The notes under the pieces were generated by a model. The model saw only the letters and a list, made by a program, of their open reading frames with translations, searched no databases and was not told the origin of the DNA. Of a stretch of 64,000 nucleotides of DNA, positions 38,601 to 51,900 are shown piece by piece (the first letter of the stretch is position 1; the number at the start of each line of letters is the position of its first letter). Origin of the DNA: Azolla caroliniana (Eukaryota > Plantae > Polypodiophyta); assembly GCA_043228905.1 (NCBI GenBank), contig JBHGNT010000013.1, positions 1,426,001-1,490,000 on the forward strand. Reading direction: 5' to 3'. The position numbers were made by a program, and so were the translations under genes.

Positions 38601-41600
38601 TATTTACAAATATGTTTCTCTTCTAGTTCTCACCGGGTCTCCTCCGGTTTCCAGATCTCTTCCGGTTCTCACCGTGTCCTCTTCATTCATCACCGGGTCC
38701 TATCCAGGGAGACCGATTTGCCAACATAAGCTCGATCTAATACATTCAGATATATGGGAACCGGCATTGAACATTAGTCTTGGCGGGATCGATATTTCGT
38801 CTCCTTCATTGACGACTATAGCCGGCACACATGGATCTACCTCATTGAACAGAAGAGCGAAGTCTTCAAATGTTTCTGGAACTTACAAAGCTTAGTTGAA
38901 TGGGAAATGGAGAGGAAGGTCAAGTGCATGCGGCCAGATGGCGGAAAAGAATACTTTTCCGGCCAATTCAACAGTTATCTGTAGTAGAACGGAATTCGGA
39001 GAGAATTCAGTTGCAGATACACGCCGGAGCAAAATGGTGTGGCCGAAAGGAAGAACCATTCGATTGTTGACACGGCAAGGGCAATGGTTGAGGAGAAGAG
39101 CATGCCCCAATTCTACTGGGTTGAGGCGGTCCGGACGGCCATCTACATCCAAAACCGGATCGGAGACAAGGTGTTGTATTTCGGGCGGAAGCAGAACTTG
39201 AGACACCTTCGGATATTCGGTAACATAGCACATGTGCATGTACTGGATGAGAAGTGGAAGAAGCTAGATCCGAAGTCGAAGAAATGCATCCTAGTCGGCT
39301 ACTCGCATGAGCAGAAGGGGTATAAGTGCTATAACCCCCGGACTAAGCAGGTCCGAGTAAGCCGAGATGTCGAGTTTGATGAGACGGCATCATGGTACTC
39401 CTTACCGACTCCAACTCCCGACGAACACCCGATTCCGGAAGATGAGGCTAGTGAGCCCGAGGAGGTCCAGGTAGAAGATGAAGACTTCGGCACTCTAGAA
39501 GAGAGTCCGATCTCATTCCGGCTCAGTGGACCGAATGAGTGGCTCAATCGAGATGACAAGTCGGATGAAGAACTGGCGAGTAGTGGAGACTCTGCCATGC
39601 TCTCCCCGCGCAAGGAACCGAGGAGACGGTTCACATGCAATGAGAAGGGGAAGAAGAAGATGCCGGAATACAAAACCGGCAATGTTGAGTTGGATCGGAG
39701 CAAATCCGACTCCAGAAAGGATGAAGGCGGATCTTCAGGAACGAAGTCCGAACCGGCCAAGAAGGGCCCCAAACCGGGTGATGACAAGTTACGTCGGTCT
39801 TCCTACCTGAAGAACCCCATTACGCGGTACGGGTACAATGAGAACATGGCGCATCACTATGCGTACATGACCAAAGTGGCGGAAGTGCGTGAGCTAGAGA
39901 GCTACGCAAAAGTGGCAAAGGACACAAATTGGCATGCTGCTATGGAGGAAGAAATGCGGGCACTCAATGCCAACAACACATGGGACCCGACATTGTAAAC
40001 CGATCGGTTGTAAATGGGTGTACAAGGAAAAGTACAATGTCGACGGTTCGGTTAACCAATACAAGGCCTGGTTAATGGCGAAGGGATATGCTCAGACCCA
40101 CGGAATCGACTACGACAATTCGTATGGTACTCGCGGTTGCTGCGGCAAGGGGATGGGATCTTCACCAAATGGACGTGAAGAATGCATTTCTTCAAGGTGA
40201 CCTTGAAGAACGGTTCTATATGATCCAACCCCCTGGTTTTCAGTTGGAGATGAACAAGTCGGCGGTGTGCTGGTTTAAGAAGTCGCTTTACGGTTTGAAA
40301 CAAGCCCCCCGAGCTTGGAATGCGAAGATCACGCACCGGTTGCATAAGATGGGGTTTGTGACCTCTAAATCCGACTCCTCGTTGTTCATCCGGACGGTTC
40401 GGTTTGCATCCTACTTTATGTAGATGATTTAGTCATCACCGGACCCGGCCTCGTTGAAATCGGCCGAGTGAAGTCCCAATTGTCGGACGCATTTGAAATG
40501 AAGGACCTGGGGGACCTTCATTATTTTCTTGGGATCGAGGTGATCCGAACCCCCGATGGCATATTGCTCTCACAACGACACTATGTGTTGAATATGTTGT
40601 ACAAGCTCGGCATGCCGGAATGCCGACCTGTCTCCACACCCCTTGACTGGAACCAGAAGCTCCGTCCCAACTCCGGACTGGACTGCGATGAGAAATGGTT
40701 CCAACAAATTGTCGAAAGCCTCATATACCTGACGATCACTCGACCCGACCTCAGTTACCCGGTCGTAGTGATCAACCAGTTCATGCAGAAGCCGACCGTT
40801 GAGCACCTTCAGTGCGCACACCGAATACTCCGGTCTGTTAGCGACACGAAGGATCGGGGACTGTTATACCGACACGGTATAGTTGGGAAGCTAGTCACCT
40901 ATATCAATGCCGAATAGACTAGTGATGCATCGGATCGCTGATCCACCTTCGGTTACATGTTTTCTCTAGGTAGCGTGACTGTTGTGTGGAGTAGCAAAAA
41001 GCAGCCAACAATGGCTCTGTCGAGCACTGAGGCTGAGTACCAGGGCTCTACCAATGCCACATGTGAAGCCATTTGGCTTCGGCGACTGTTGCGTGACCTC
41101 CGGATCGAGGTACCAACCCCGATCCTGATCTACTGTGACAACATGAGCAACAATTACCTCACCAAGAACCCTGTATTCCATGCTCGGACAAAGCACATAG
41201 AAGTGCATTATCACTTTGTTCACGAGCAGGTCTTGACCGGTGAAGTTGAACTTTGGTATGTTCACACGATCGGTAGGTTGTTGACATCTTCACCAACCAA
41301 CTAGGATCGAACAAGTTGCAGCATTTTTCGGAGATGCTCGGTATTCAGCATCTCGATGTGCCGCAATTGAGGGGGAGAAAAGGAAAGGGAACGGATGGCA
41401 CTGGACAAGGAGCCAGAGAGGAAGAAAGAACCAACCAAGGGGGGGACAAAGGGAAAAAGGAAGCCGAGTCCACGAAGGAAGTTGGCACATCTGAACAAGT
41501 CGGAACGAGCGGCAGTGGTGACAGAGTCAAGAAGGACAGAGTCGACCGGAAGGAGAAGGCCAAGACTCATACATGGTCTGATATGGTGAAGAGCCTGAAA

Positions 41601-42437
41601 ATGGAAGACGAGTTGGAGAACACCGACTCGGACAAGAGTTGGAATGAATTGGGAGTGACCGATTCAGACAAGAGCTAGAACGAATCGAAGGAAACCAATT
41701 CGGTTCAAGATTCAGAGAAGCCGGATCAACTAAAGGCCAAACATACATGGACGAAGTGGAAGTCGACGCCAACACGAAGGAACTGATGGGTCGACAAGCG
41801 TTGGAGTCGCAACAACGAGGGAGCTGAAATGGGCCTGTTGAGCAGACAAGCCGACCGAGGAGGTCAAGGAGCGCAGAACCAGAAGGGTCGCGGTAAACAA
41901 GACCGGACTAGATGAAGAGCACGAGCAAGGCGGAGTAACGGTAGAAGGAGCCGGGTAGAAGAACCGGCTGTCGTGGACACTAACACCACGATCCGACCTC
42001 AAGTTGAGCTTGAGGGGGAGTGTTGAGCGAGCAAGCTCAACCGGATCCGGTTCGGCATCCAAATGGTATCCGGAAATAACCGGCCAGATCGGAGAGCCTG
42101 ATTCGAGCAAGAACCGAAAGCTTAGTAATAGCCTAGACTACTAGGTAATCATTGTCTCGTAGTTAGTGTCAATCGCACGTAGGAATATTGAAGTACCTAT
42201 CAGTACTTCTGTCAATCCTTGATGGACTTGTATAAATAGTGTTGTTTAGCATGTTGTATGTATAGAGTTACAAAGTAATTTCATTATTTTGAATCTACGC
42301 TTACGTTCAACTCTCTCTGTCTCTCCCACATATACTCTTTGTATACTAAGCTTCTCCATTAAACCTTCATCTTATTCTTTGTTGCTATCCAGTTGAGCCG
42401 GTTCTATCTAATGTTTTCACACGTTTACATTCACACA
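32653..42437 (+). mobile_element. Full-length Ty1/Copia F (Bryco-like), interrupted by Copia G
   Basis: LTRs 32653-33092 and 42021-42437; TSD ATTCC on both sides; PBS TGGTATCAAAGC at 33093; PPT 42010-42020; gag ATG 33198 (LPTKKLDRSNYASW), WYVDSAASNHM, INT, RT, RNase H. Confidence 0.93.
34163..38726 (-). mobile_element. Ty1/Copia G (Tork-like, family of C) nested in the integrase of F
   Basis: LTRs 34163-34748 and 38360-38726 (the latter with an internal deletion); TSD CAAGC/TAAGC; PBS 38345-38356; PPT 34749-34759; host frame RSHNK|LDLIHSD restored on removal. Confidence 0.92.
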
Positions 42438-43487
42438 ATTCCCATTGCCAAATATGAGATTCCTAAAACCGATGTTGCGAAGTTATGCAAGTGCATGTAA
42501 AATGTGATCGTGATCTCTAGGAACTTGAACGAGACACGATGAGTCATGGGCTTCCACCATTGAAACCATGGTTTTTGCATGTGGTTTTGTTTTAGTGGTT
42601 TTTGACTATGTATTCATAAATAAAATTTATCTATGAGAAATCAAATATTTAATAATAGTTATTCTTGCAAAACTACAAATCTTGCCTTTCATGAATACTT
42701 TGTTGGCACATTTGGCCTACATACTCATTATTATTTTATTCCCTATCTAGGGATGGTTTCACATGATACATCTCTTTACCTTATGTCTTTTACTTTTAGT
42801 TGGACTATTGATTAGTAATAAATTCTTAACAAGGTTCATGTTTCCTTATGTCATGGGTCATGGGCTCCATTTTCTATAAAGTTTTATAAATGCAAAGCAG
42901 GACATTGGGGAACTACGTTGAGAAATGTGTGACTAGATATTTTTGAATGATCCCCTTCTAATTGAAACATTGCTCTTTTGTAATGCAACTACATATATAC
43001 AAGGAAGTGAAAAGAATCAATGTGTCCCCAAGAAAGGGAAATTTGGTTCATAATACTCATGGAAATATTGTAATTCGAGATGCACCATGCTAGAACATAA
43101 AACATAAAAGGTTTCAAAAAGTAAGCAATACTTGATAACTTATGATACAAGGAAACATCTTATGAACATCTTTTACAAAGTATTATTTACTCATTATGCA
43201 AGGTATGATAAGAAGTGCAAAGTCAATGTGATTTGCTCGAGCACGTGTGCATTTCATTCTACATGCCTCCATTTACGGAGGAAGAAGACAACTTTTCTTT
43301 ATCTTGCCACAATCCATGCCATGTGGGTTAAAGAGCTCGAAGCACCAAACTTTCAAAAAGAAATTTTATAATGGCCATTGGCTATATACGAAATTTCGTT
43401 TGGCTAATAATATAACAAAACATGGGACAAGTTAGTTCCCATGGACATTTGCCTAGCAACATTTACTTTACCGATCCCACGAAAAAC

Positions 43488-44744
43488 TCACACTGTGGGC
43501 ACCCTACTACGGCGATAAAAGACAAATGCAAGAGCAATAAACAACATTAGAAGGATGGCCGCACCTCCGGCCACCGAAACACCCACGATGACGCGCTTGT
43601 TACTAGCCGGAGCTGAAACACGAGGTGCATCAAGGGTTAGAATTTAGGTTCACTAGGGATCCATATAGATTTGAAGGGGTCACTACAAAAATAACATTCT
43701 AAGATCTAAATGGTGAAACATCCACCCTAATGGGTAGTGTCTGATAAAAGGCTTACCTTGTGGAAGAATTTCCAATGCCGGGGACGGTTGTGGGGAAGGA
43801 AGAGGCGGTGGAGGAAGCGAAGGAGGAGGAGGAGGAGGAGGAGGTAGTGGCAAAGGCGGAGAAGGAGAAGGGGGAGGCGACTGCATTGAATAATTCACAC
43901 TAAAAACAGTGTAATCGGAGTCAAATGCAACGGTTAACGATGTATTGAATATGTAAAAGCACTCGGGGAAGTAGATTCCGACATCGGTATAAGTATAGAG
44001 CGGGGCGGTGCAGGTCTTCGAGGGGTTGAGATTGAGGCATTCACTGCATTGAGCCGTAGTGAGGAATGAGAGGCACTGCGCAAGCGCGTAGATGGGCGGG
44101 TAGATATTCTGGACATCTACTACGGCTACGGACGCATACAAATTGGGCCGGTATGGTACGGTCTGCCTTAAAAGCTGAATGGCAGGCATCACGCCCGCCT
44201 GAGTTGCGGCTACGGGTGCCGTATCACATGACTCGAACCTCGTGTCCGTGGCATTCACCAATTTCTGCAGATAGTCGGGCTGATTGCTGTATTGGTAGTA
44301 GCAACCCCGCAACATGATAGTCATGGCGGAGACTACCATCGAATGTCCGCTCCCGTTGTGCGAGCAATAGTAGTTTAGGGATGCTTGCAAGCACGCCTTG
44401 CAGTCGGCCAACGAAAGATCTCCTCGGCATTCGTATGTGGCGTACGCGCTCTGCGTCTCATTCGCGGGATCGGACGAGTTGAAGCTGCCCGAGGAGCTCG
44501 ATGAGGAGCTGTTTTTGAGCAGATCCGAGACTGCGAGGAGATTCTTGGCGAAGTGAGTTGTGTTCTCGTAGTATACACTGCTGTCGCATGAGCCGTAGAT
44601 GTAATCCGTGATGTTGATTGCCTGAGCCTGCAAGAAACCCCCCCTCTCCTTGATGTCCCCATTGTAAGTGAAGGAGGTGAGGATCACAGAAATGAAGAAT
44701 GCATAGAGCACCCAGGCCATCACACCCTTATTATGCATTAACAT
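43488..44744 (-). CDS. Double-DUF26 (Gnk2/stress-antifungal) membrane protein; PDLP-like or kinase-less CRK; 2 exons (44744-43757, 43612-43488), ~370 aa
   Basis: Hydrophobic N-terminus; two C-X8-C-X2-C motifs (CRGDLSLADCKAC, CLSFLTTAQCSEC); poly-Pro stalk; GT-AG phase-1 intron 43756-43613; exon 2 gives TM helix VIVGVSVAGGAAILLMLFIALAFVFY then RRSRVPTV*; no lesions. Confidence 0.85.
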
Positions 44745-45169
44745 AGACAGACTGCCAACAATGAGTGCTTGAAATGAAATGAATATCAACAATGAATGTC
44801 AAGTTTAGGGCCAATGAAAATGGTTAGATGAAGAACAGAGAGTCAAATATACTGTCAAGTCAGTCATCACAAGGAAGACCAATTCTAATAAAGTGAAGAC
44901 TTTAGACCAAAAAAAGTGAAACTAATTTGAGAACCAGTCTAATCGACTTTGGAAAACTTCATTATTGTAGGGAAAACGGAATATGCCTTTCCATAAAGAA
45001 ACTATTGTTATCCTTGACTCATACAAGTCTCCTTGGAAAACTAAGTATAAAATGGAATCATTATCCTTTCCTCCCCTCCCCCCCACCTTCGGTTTGACCA
45101 GGTGTTTATATGGGCATAAGATATTATCTCGGTTGTATCTTATTCATTCCTTGAAGCTTTGATATGATA

Positions 45170-46500
45170 TAACAATTTAATACTTTTGCCAACATCTTAT
45201 AAGTGAAGAATGCACCAAGAAAACCTATAATCACAATATGTGCATATTTGGCAAAAAGTTAAGTACCATGTTCAATATTAAAAACTTGATCCACCCTTGG
45301 AAGTGTCATGTAGATGGTAAACGTCACTAATGGTTGCCTCTTTTGAAATAGTGGCCAACACTCCCTCGTTTTATAATGTTGTTTATGACTATACAATCAT
45401 TCTATTGCTCTATTTTTCACCAAGGATTTAATATATTGTATGTTAGTGGGATGGCCTTTTCTCCATTGAATTATGAACCATGAATAAAAACGAAAAATGA
45501 GCTTGGTATTTCCAATTTTGATCCTCTACCACAATTGTTTTCGTATCGGTTCGTCAAATATTCTGAAGCCACAGATATTAAGTAGATGGATCATAGTTTA
45601 AACCTCATTAGGAGAGAATATTTTTATTCTTTGGTTTTTCCATCACTGCTAGGCATTTGGTTTCTCATTGCACAACATCGTTCATAGCATTATACACACA
45701 CACACATGATTATTCAAACATAAAAGCACACCTAAAAGCTTCCCTATATACATATTTGCAAATACATATGATCTTGATAGCTATGATTTGAACTTCCTAG
45801 TTAAGTAGTGTTTGTTGGATGTGTAGGGAAGATAGTGGCAGCGGTCTTATTTCCTAGAGCCCTTCCTTCTACTTGGTTCGTGAGGTTTTCCGATGCAAGT
45901 ACCACGTATTTCATCATGAGGCACTCTCATCAGCATTGTTACCAAGTCCACCATCCATTTAAAATGCAGAGCCAAAGGGTAAGTCGGGTAAAGTTCATCC
46001 TTGTGGCGCATATTCGAGTACATCTAACAACTTTCACACATTCCAACGAAGTGTGACACAACTTTGTACATCCCTAGCCACCAATACTTCCCTTTTATTT
46101 TAGAGAATGTCCCCCAAATACCTATATGCCTTGCCCAAGGACTTTCGTGATACTCAAATACCAATTTCCTTTGGTCTTCTTCTTGCAAACTATTCTCAAC
46201 GGTGTGCTCATCCTGGGTGCTTCCAGAAATTTCCTCAAAGGAAGTATTTATACGCCTTCTTCAGAACCCTTTGTGCCTCTCCTTTTTCCATGACGGATTT
46301 TCTATCAACACAATTAAGAATTGGCCTAAAATAACCAATCCCCTTCATATTCATCTTCTTTGAGTGTAAAGAATGTACCTTCCCCATGTCGTTCAATGTG
46401 TGCAGGAGTTGTCTTGAAAAGGTCAAGTTCATCTTCATCATCCACTAATTCCCCTATTTTATATTGCTACCTAGCTCTAAACAACATAACCTTCATAGCA
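45170..46500 (-). pseudogene. Highly decayed Gypsy RNaseH/integrase fragment upstream of the DUF26 gene
   Basis: QRVLKKAYKYFL..FWKHP and KWMVDLVTM motifs of the A/B family; boundaries approximate. Confidence 0.65.
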
Positions 46501-46599
46501 TTATTGTTGAATACCAGTGTTTAATGGTTGTATTCACATTGTCCCATATGGACAAAGCAGACTAGGTCACTTTTGTAATTACATCAAAGGGCAGTTGCC

Positions 46600-47725
46600 C
46601 TAGTTTAGTTGATATAAAATTGAACTTGTAACCTAGTTTGGGTAAGATGTTGGTTGCCGCCATTATTTTGTAACTCTATTTTTGAATAATATATGCGTAG
46701 TCTCTATCTCTCTCCTTACATTCTGTTTCTTGATCTTGTTTACACCAACTTGTTGTTCTTCAATCTCACAGTGTTGTTTCTTTTTCCGCATACAAACAAC
46801 CTCACTTACAACATCTGGTAATAGAGCAGAGGTTCTTCATTTTGCTATCGGCCATCATTTGTCTTCACCAGCATTCTTGCAACATACTCCCCAAAGACTT
46901 CAAGTTGATAAGATTTGTTAGAATGGATTCTAGATTTATGTCACATAAAAATCTCCTGATCAACAACTATGAAGATTGCATTCCATGAAGAGGAAAACAC
47001 GCACACGATTCACACTTCATTGAACTAGACCACACTTCAAGTAGGCCAGTCAATTGTACTTCTTCTTTTTGGTTGTAGTCGCTCAGACATGAATATTGAT
47101 CGGATTAGCAACATCTATGCTCAAGTCTGGTTAGGCAACATTGGGGAAGACTAGTAAGCTTTATCCCTCAATTTGTTGTAGCCACTTCGAGCAAGATCGA
47201 CATCGTGATCGGCACTAATGGTTGCCTAATTTGTGATAGGCACTATTCGTGCCTAACTTCAAATCAGAAATCCCACCGGCGCATTCGTGCTCAACTTGAC
47301 TAGGAAAAATTTGGACAGACTAGTCGGCCATGTCACTCGTCTTGCCAGAGACATTTTTAACAGGACAAATTGGTTTGCTGATTCAGTTCACGTCTGATTC
47401 ATCTAGAACAAATTACAAATTCGGGTGAGTCGGCCGACTGCACCCTCTTACCATTCTAGTCATTTTCGAACATAACCTTTCAAACAACCCACACAAATAA
47501 GAATGGCATCGACATCCCTCTCATCAAAGATGAGTCTCAGGAAGTTTGACGGAACAAACTTCAACGTTTGGAAAGAAAAAATGCAGAATTATTTGATTGT
47601 CAAAGGTCATTTATCGATATGATTGAACACGAATAGACTCTAGAAGAATTCAAGCCGAATGAGTGAACAAATCTAGATAGAATTGTCCAGGGCACCATTC
47701 GGGTGCACCTATTAGAGTCAATGTA
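46600..47725 (+). mobile_element. Old Copia 5' remnant (LTR end 46813, PBS-like 46816-46827, gag start 47503)
   Basis: ...ACAACA TC TGGTAATAGAGC; gag MASTSLSSKMSLRKFDGTNFNVWKEKMQNYL; left boundary approximate. Confidence 0.6.
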
Positions 47726-48985
47726 AACAAGTTCGTGTTCAGAAGTGGAAGGATCACACACAATTGGAAGGATAGGGAATATTCCGTTAGATTTCAAGGT
47801 TTTTTTAACCATCTCATTAAATTTGTGATACTTGTATAACACGTGCTCAAAGATTCAATGGAAAAGCTTAAAATATCACCATGTCATAAAATTGAAAATT
47901 CACAAAGTTAGGCAAATGGAAGAATTTTACACAATGTTTTTTATCGTAAAAATAATAACTCATGTTTTTTATAACAAACAATATTCACAATGAGCGATTG
48001 ATTTAAAAACAATTAAGCTTTATATCATTTGATTTCTCACAAGCTTACATTGTTAACCGTTTACAACGAAAAATACAATCAAGAGTTATTCCTCCCATAA
48101 GAATGACTACTATAGAGCCTAGTATACAATGGTGATTCATCCTCTTCCTCATCAAATGTACCAATCAAAGCATTGTCTTCATCTAAAAGCAAATGTTGTA
48201 TCTCCAAATCATGTGTAGAAGATTTGGTCTGCCTTCGATCTGAGAAGCCTTGTAGACTTGGCAATTTCGATTTTATTATGTCTATTGTTGACTTCCTTAA
48301 ACGTCCAACTATTGTCAATGTAAAGTTGTACACAATGATATCCACCTCTTGCATGTCAATGGTCGATGTGTTACAAATATTTCTTTTCCGCTTTCTATTT
48401 CCTCTTGACGTTGGGCACTCCATCATATCTAATGTATACTTGCCTGTAAATGCATTCTTGCTTCTAGTGTTGTACCAATGCACCTTTGTAAACTTTATTT
48501 GATTGTAGTGACAATTAACATCCCAACCTTTATGTCTTGTGTGTTTCCTTGCCAACGGGCTTCAACTGCTTTTGTCATCCTTGGTCCCACATAAATGTCT
48601 CTTTGTTGTGGATGGAGCAAGTTTTCAAGATCGACATTAGATGCACGAGTTGGCGTTTGAGAATTATGCAAGTGTTGTACAAACCACGTAAATGGTATTT
48701 GCAAGGGCCAATTACCAGTGAAGGAATTATCAATAATTTCTTGTTGATCACTAAAGAGCATGTCCCACCATGAGGTATCTTGTGGTCCAACATATTTCTT
48801 TGCAGTATCGATTTGCTTCCTTTTGTCCGTTAAGGCTTGCATCCAGAAGTTCCTTTGTTCATCTACTAAGTCACTTTTCATTTCCTTTTTAGGCTCAATC
48901 GGCATTTGTTTTGCACCATACACAGTAGTTACAGATGGCATATGAAGCAAGAATTGGCAACCACCTTGTGGGTTCCACTATGGGG
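47726..48985 (-). mobile_element. Truncated relative of the 26532-29520 TIR element (one TIR plus transposase C-terminus)
   Basis: TIR AACAAGTTCGTGTTCAGAAGTGGAAGGATC and subterminal homology to 26532-26720; ORFs 48079-48950 (VDIIVYNFTLTIVGRLRKSTIDII) homologous to 27000-27640. Confidence 0.8.
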
Positions 48986-48989
48986 AAGA

Positions 48990-51900
48990 TGAATATTGCT
49001 TTGCATACAACAACAAGTCGAAGTTGACTCCAATGGAGTCAAACAACAAGCTATCCAAGAAGACCCATCACCAATGGTTGACAGCTAGTAGGAAGCCTAA
49101 TTTTCCTATGCAACACTAAGCCGGATATTTGTTTTGCAGTCGGTGTGGTGAGTCGATTCAACAACAAGACGAAGGAGACTCATTGGAAAGCTGCACTATG
49201 TGTATTAAAGTACATTGTGGGTACTTTAAATTATGGAATCTTCTATAAGCTGACTATTGAGAATCAAGCTCAACTTGGTCTAGTGTGTGAACTCACCTTG
49301 AGAGTGAATAGACACTCCAACGGTCAAGAGTCACCATTAAGTCACCACTTTGTATTCTAACATTTAGTATGAGTCATAGAATCATATTCTATGACACATA
49401 ACTTATGAGCTTTCACATTCCCAATGCTCCATGAGTCTTGTAGTTAATGAAGAGAGAGGGTGACTATATAAAGCACCCTCCTCCCACCTTGTATCACGTT
49501 GAGTCTTTCTCCTCTGTTAATATAATCTACCTTGCGTATTCTCTGTGTATTATTCCTTGTCTCTCTCACTCTCTCTCTCTCATACACACACATAACTCAC
49601 ATCTCTTCCTCTTCACAAGAATCATATCCGATTCTTTACATGATATCAGGGCGATTTGGTAGCTCAATCTAGCCCATTCGCCTCATCGTGATCGTGTGTT
49701 GTGCTCCACGCCGCTTCGCTACATAGCACGCATTCGAAGAGAGAAGAAGAAGAAGAATCGACATAATGAATACTCAAATGGGGAGCGCTCTCCCTACCGA
49801 GAAGTTGGATCGAAACAACTTCGTATCTTGGGAGTACAAGTTGCACCAATACCTTGTCGGACAAGGCTATTGGAGCTACATCAAAGGAGCGTGTGAAGAC
49901 TGACCCGCCGAAGCGGCTCCCGGATATGCGACATGGGAGCAAGCTGCAAGCCGTGTGATGTATTATTTGGCGACATGTGTTCACGACCACATGCTTGGTT
50001 ACATTCGAGAATCCAAGACGCCGAAGGAAGCGTGGGAAAATCTACGAAAGATTTTTGCCGCCAACACGACCGCGAGGAAGCTTCAACTCCGCCAAGAGTT
50101 GAACAACAGTCAACAAAGGGACATGTCCATCACGACATACACCTTGAAGATCAAGGAACTTTGCGACTCGCTCGGCTCAATAAGTGTAAGTATCGATGAT
50201 GATGAGATGGTGCAAATATGCCTCGGTGGCCTCGCACCACGGCTCGGCGTGATGCGAACCGCCGTTCTAGCAAGGGAGAAATCTCCCTCCTTCTTTGAGC
50301 TCCAATCAATGCTATTGGTCGAAGAAAATCACGTGCATACAATGAGCAATGAGTCGGAAGGCCACATGGTCTACACGCACTCGAACGGAGGAAGAGGACG
50401 CGGACGAACGAGAGGCCGATTCGACCAAGGACAAGGTGGACTAGGTCCGACCTACGATAACAACTCCCAATTTTGGCCGCAAAACGGAAGCCAACGAGGA
50501 ACCTTCGCAAGAAGGGGGAGCTTCCACTCCGGCCTGAGCCGTCAAAACGCAACCGAATGCGGATATTGCGGAAAGCTCGGCCACCACGAAGAAGAGTGCC
50601 GAAAGAAGATGCGTGAATCGGCTTCCACAAGCCGACAACTCACGAATTAAGCGCACAACTCCAACTACGAAGATCGTGGCGGAATGTATGCACGCAACGC
50701 CAACCGTGGCGGAATATTCATGATGAAACATAGAGCAAACTCTATGTCGGCCTCTACCTCAACTAGTGCCCTCAATCCGGAGGACGTATGGTTTGTTGAC
50801 TCCGGAGCCTCAAACCATATGATATCCCACAAAGAATGGTTTCTCGAACTTCGAGAGCTGGAGCAACCCAGTTATGTCGAAACCGGAGATAACACTACGC
50901 ACCCGATTCGGCACATCGGCAATGTTCCGTTCGGCAAAAGAGGTAAGCAAACATACATTAAAAATGTCTTGCATGTTCCCACCGTCACGAAGAATTTGGT
51001 CTCGGTTGGCCAAATGGTTGAGCAAGGGATGCAAGTACAATTCGACCAAGAAGGGTGCTTCATCGAAAAAGAAGGCCGAATAATCGCACGCGGAAGAAGA
51101 GAGGGCCGGATGTTCATTCTCGATTCACGCGAGATGAAATCCGCCATGTTCGCGAAAAGCACGAAAGCCGACTCTGACATAGAGCTATGGCAGAAGCGAA
51201 TCGGCCACATCAATCTCAACAAACTCAAAGCAATGAAATCGAAAGGAGTCGTGATCGGACTCCCAACATTCAAAGAGAAGGAGATTGAAGGTGTATGCGA
51301 AGCGTGCCAATTCGGCAAGCAACACCGACACCCATTCCCGAAAGAGCGGAACGTGATCAAAGGTCTACTCGACGTAGTTCATTCCGACGTATGGGGACCG
51401 ACGCAGATGGCTAAATTCGGCAGATGCCGATATTACATGCTCTTCATCGACGCCAGGCACCCTTGGATCTACCTGATGCGGCAAAAGAGCGAAGTGTTCA
51501 GACACTTCCAAACATTCAAGAATGTAGGCGAGAAAGCCACGAGCCGACATGTACGTTGTCTTCAATCGGATGGCGGCAAGGAGTACTTCTCGGATGGTTT
51601 CACGGCGTATCTCCGAAAGGAAGGAATTTGGCGAGAATTCACTTGCGGACACACCCCGCAACAAAACGGAGTAGCCGAGCGCAAAAATCGGCACATCCTC
51701 GAAGTAGCGCGGGCCATGATGAACGAGAAGCATATTCCCAAGTGATATTGGGCCGAAGTTGCAAATACGGCCGTCTACCTAATGAACTGGTGCACAACAT
51801 CCGGCGTGCACGAGGTCACTCCGCACGAAAAATACTTCGGAAGGAAGCCGGATTTATCGCATATCCGGATATTCGGTGCGATAGCATACGTGCACATCCC

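Noticed and set aside
42438-43487. Kinase exons of a CRK
   Set aside because: AT-rich, with no recognisable kinase subdomain motifs on the minus strand
43683-43756. C-terminus GKPFIRHYPLGW... and TTG start of the 369-aa ORF
   Set aside because: The C-terminus is read-through into an intron (CAAG|GTAAGC donor); the first ATG is at 44744
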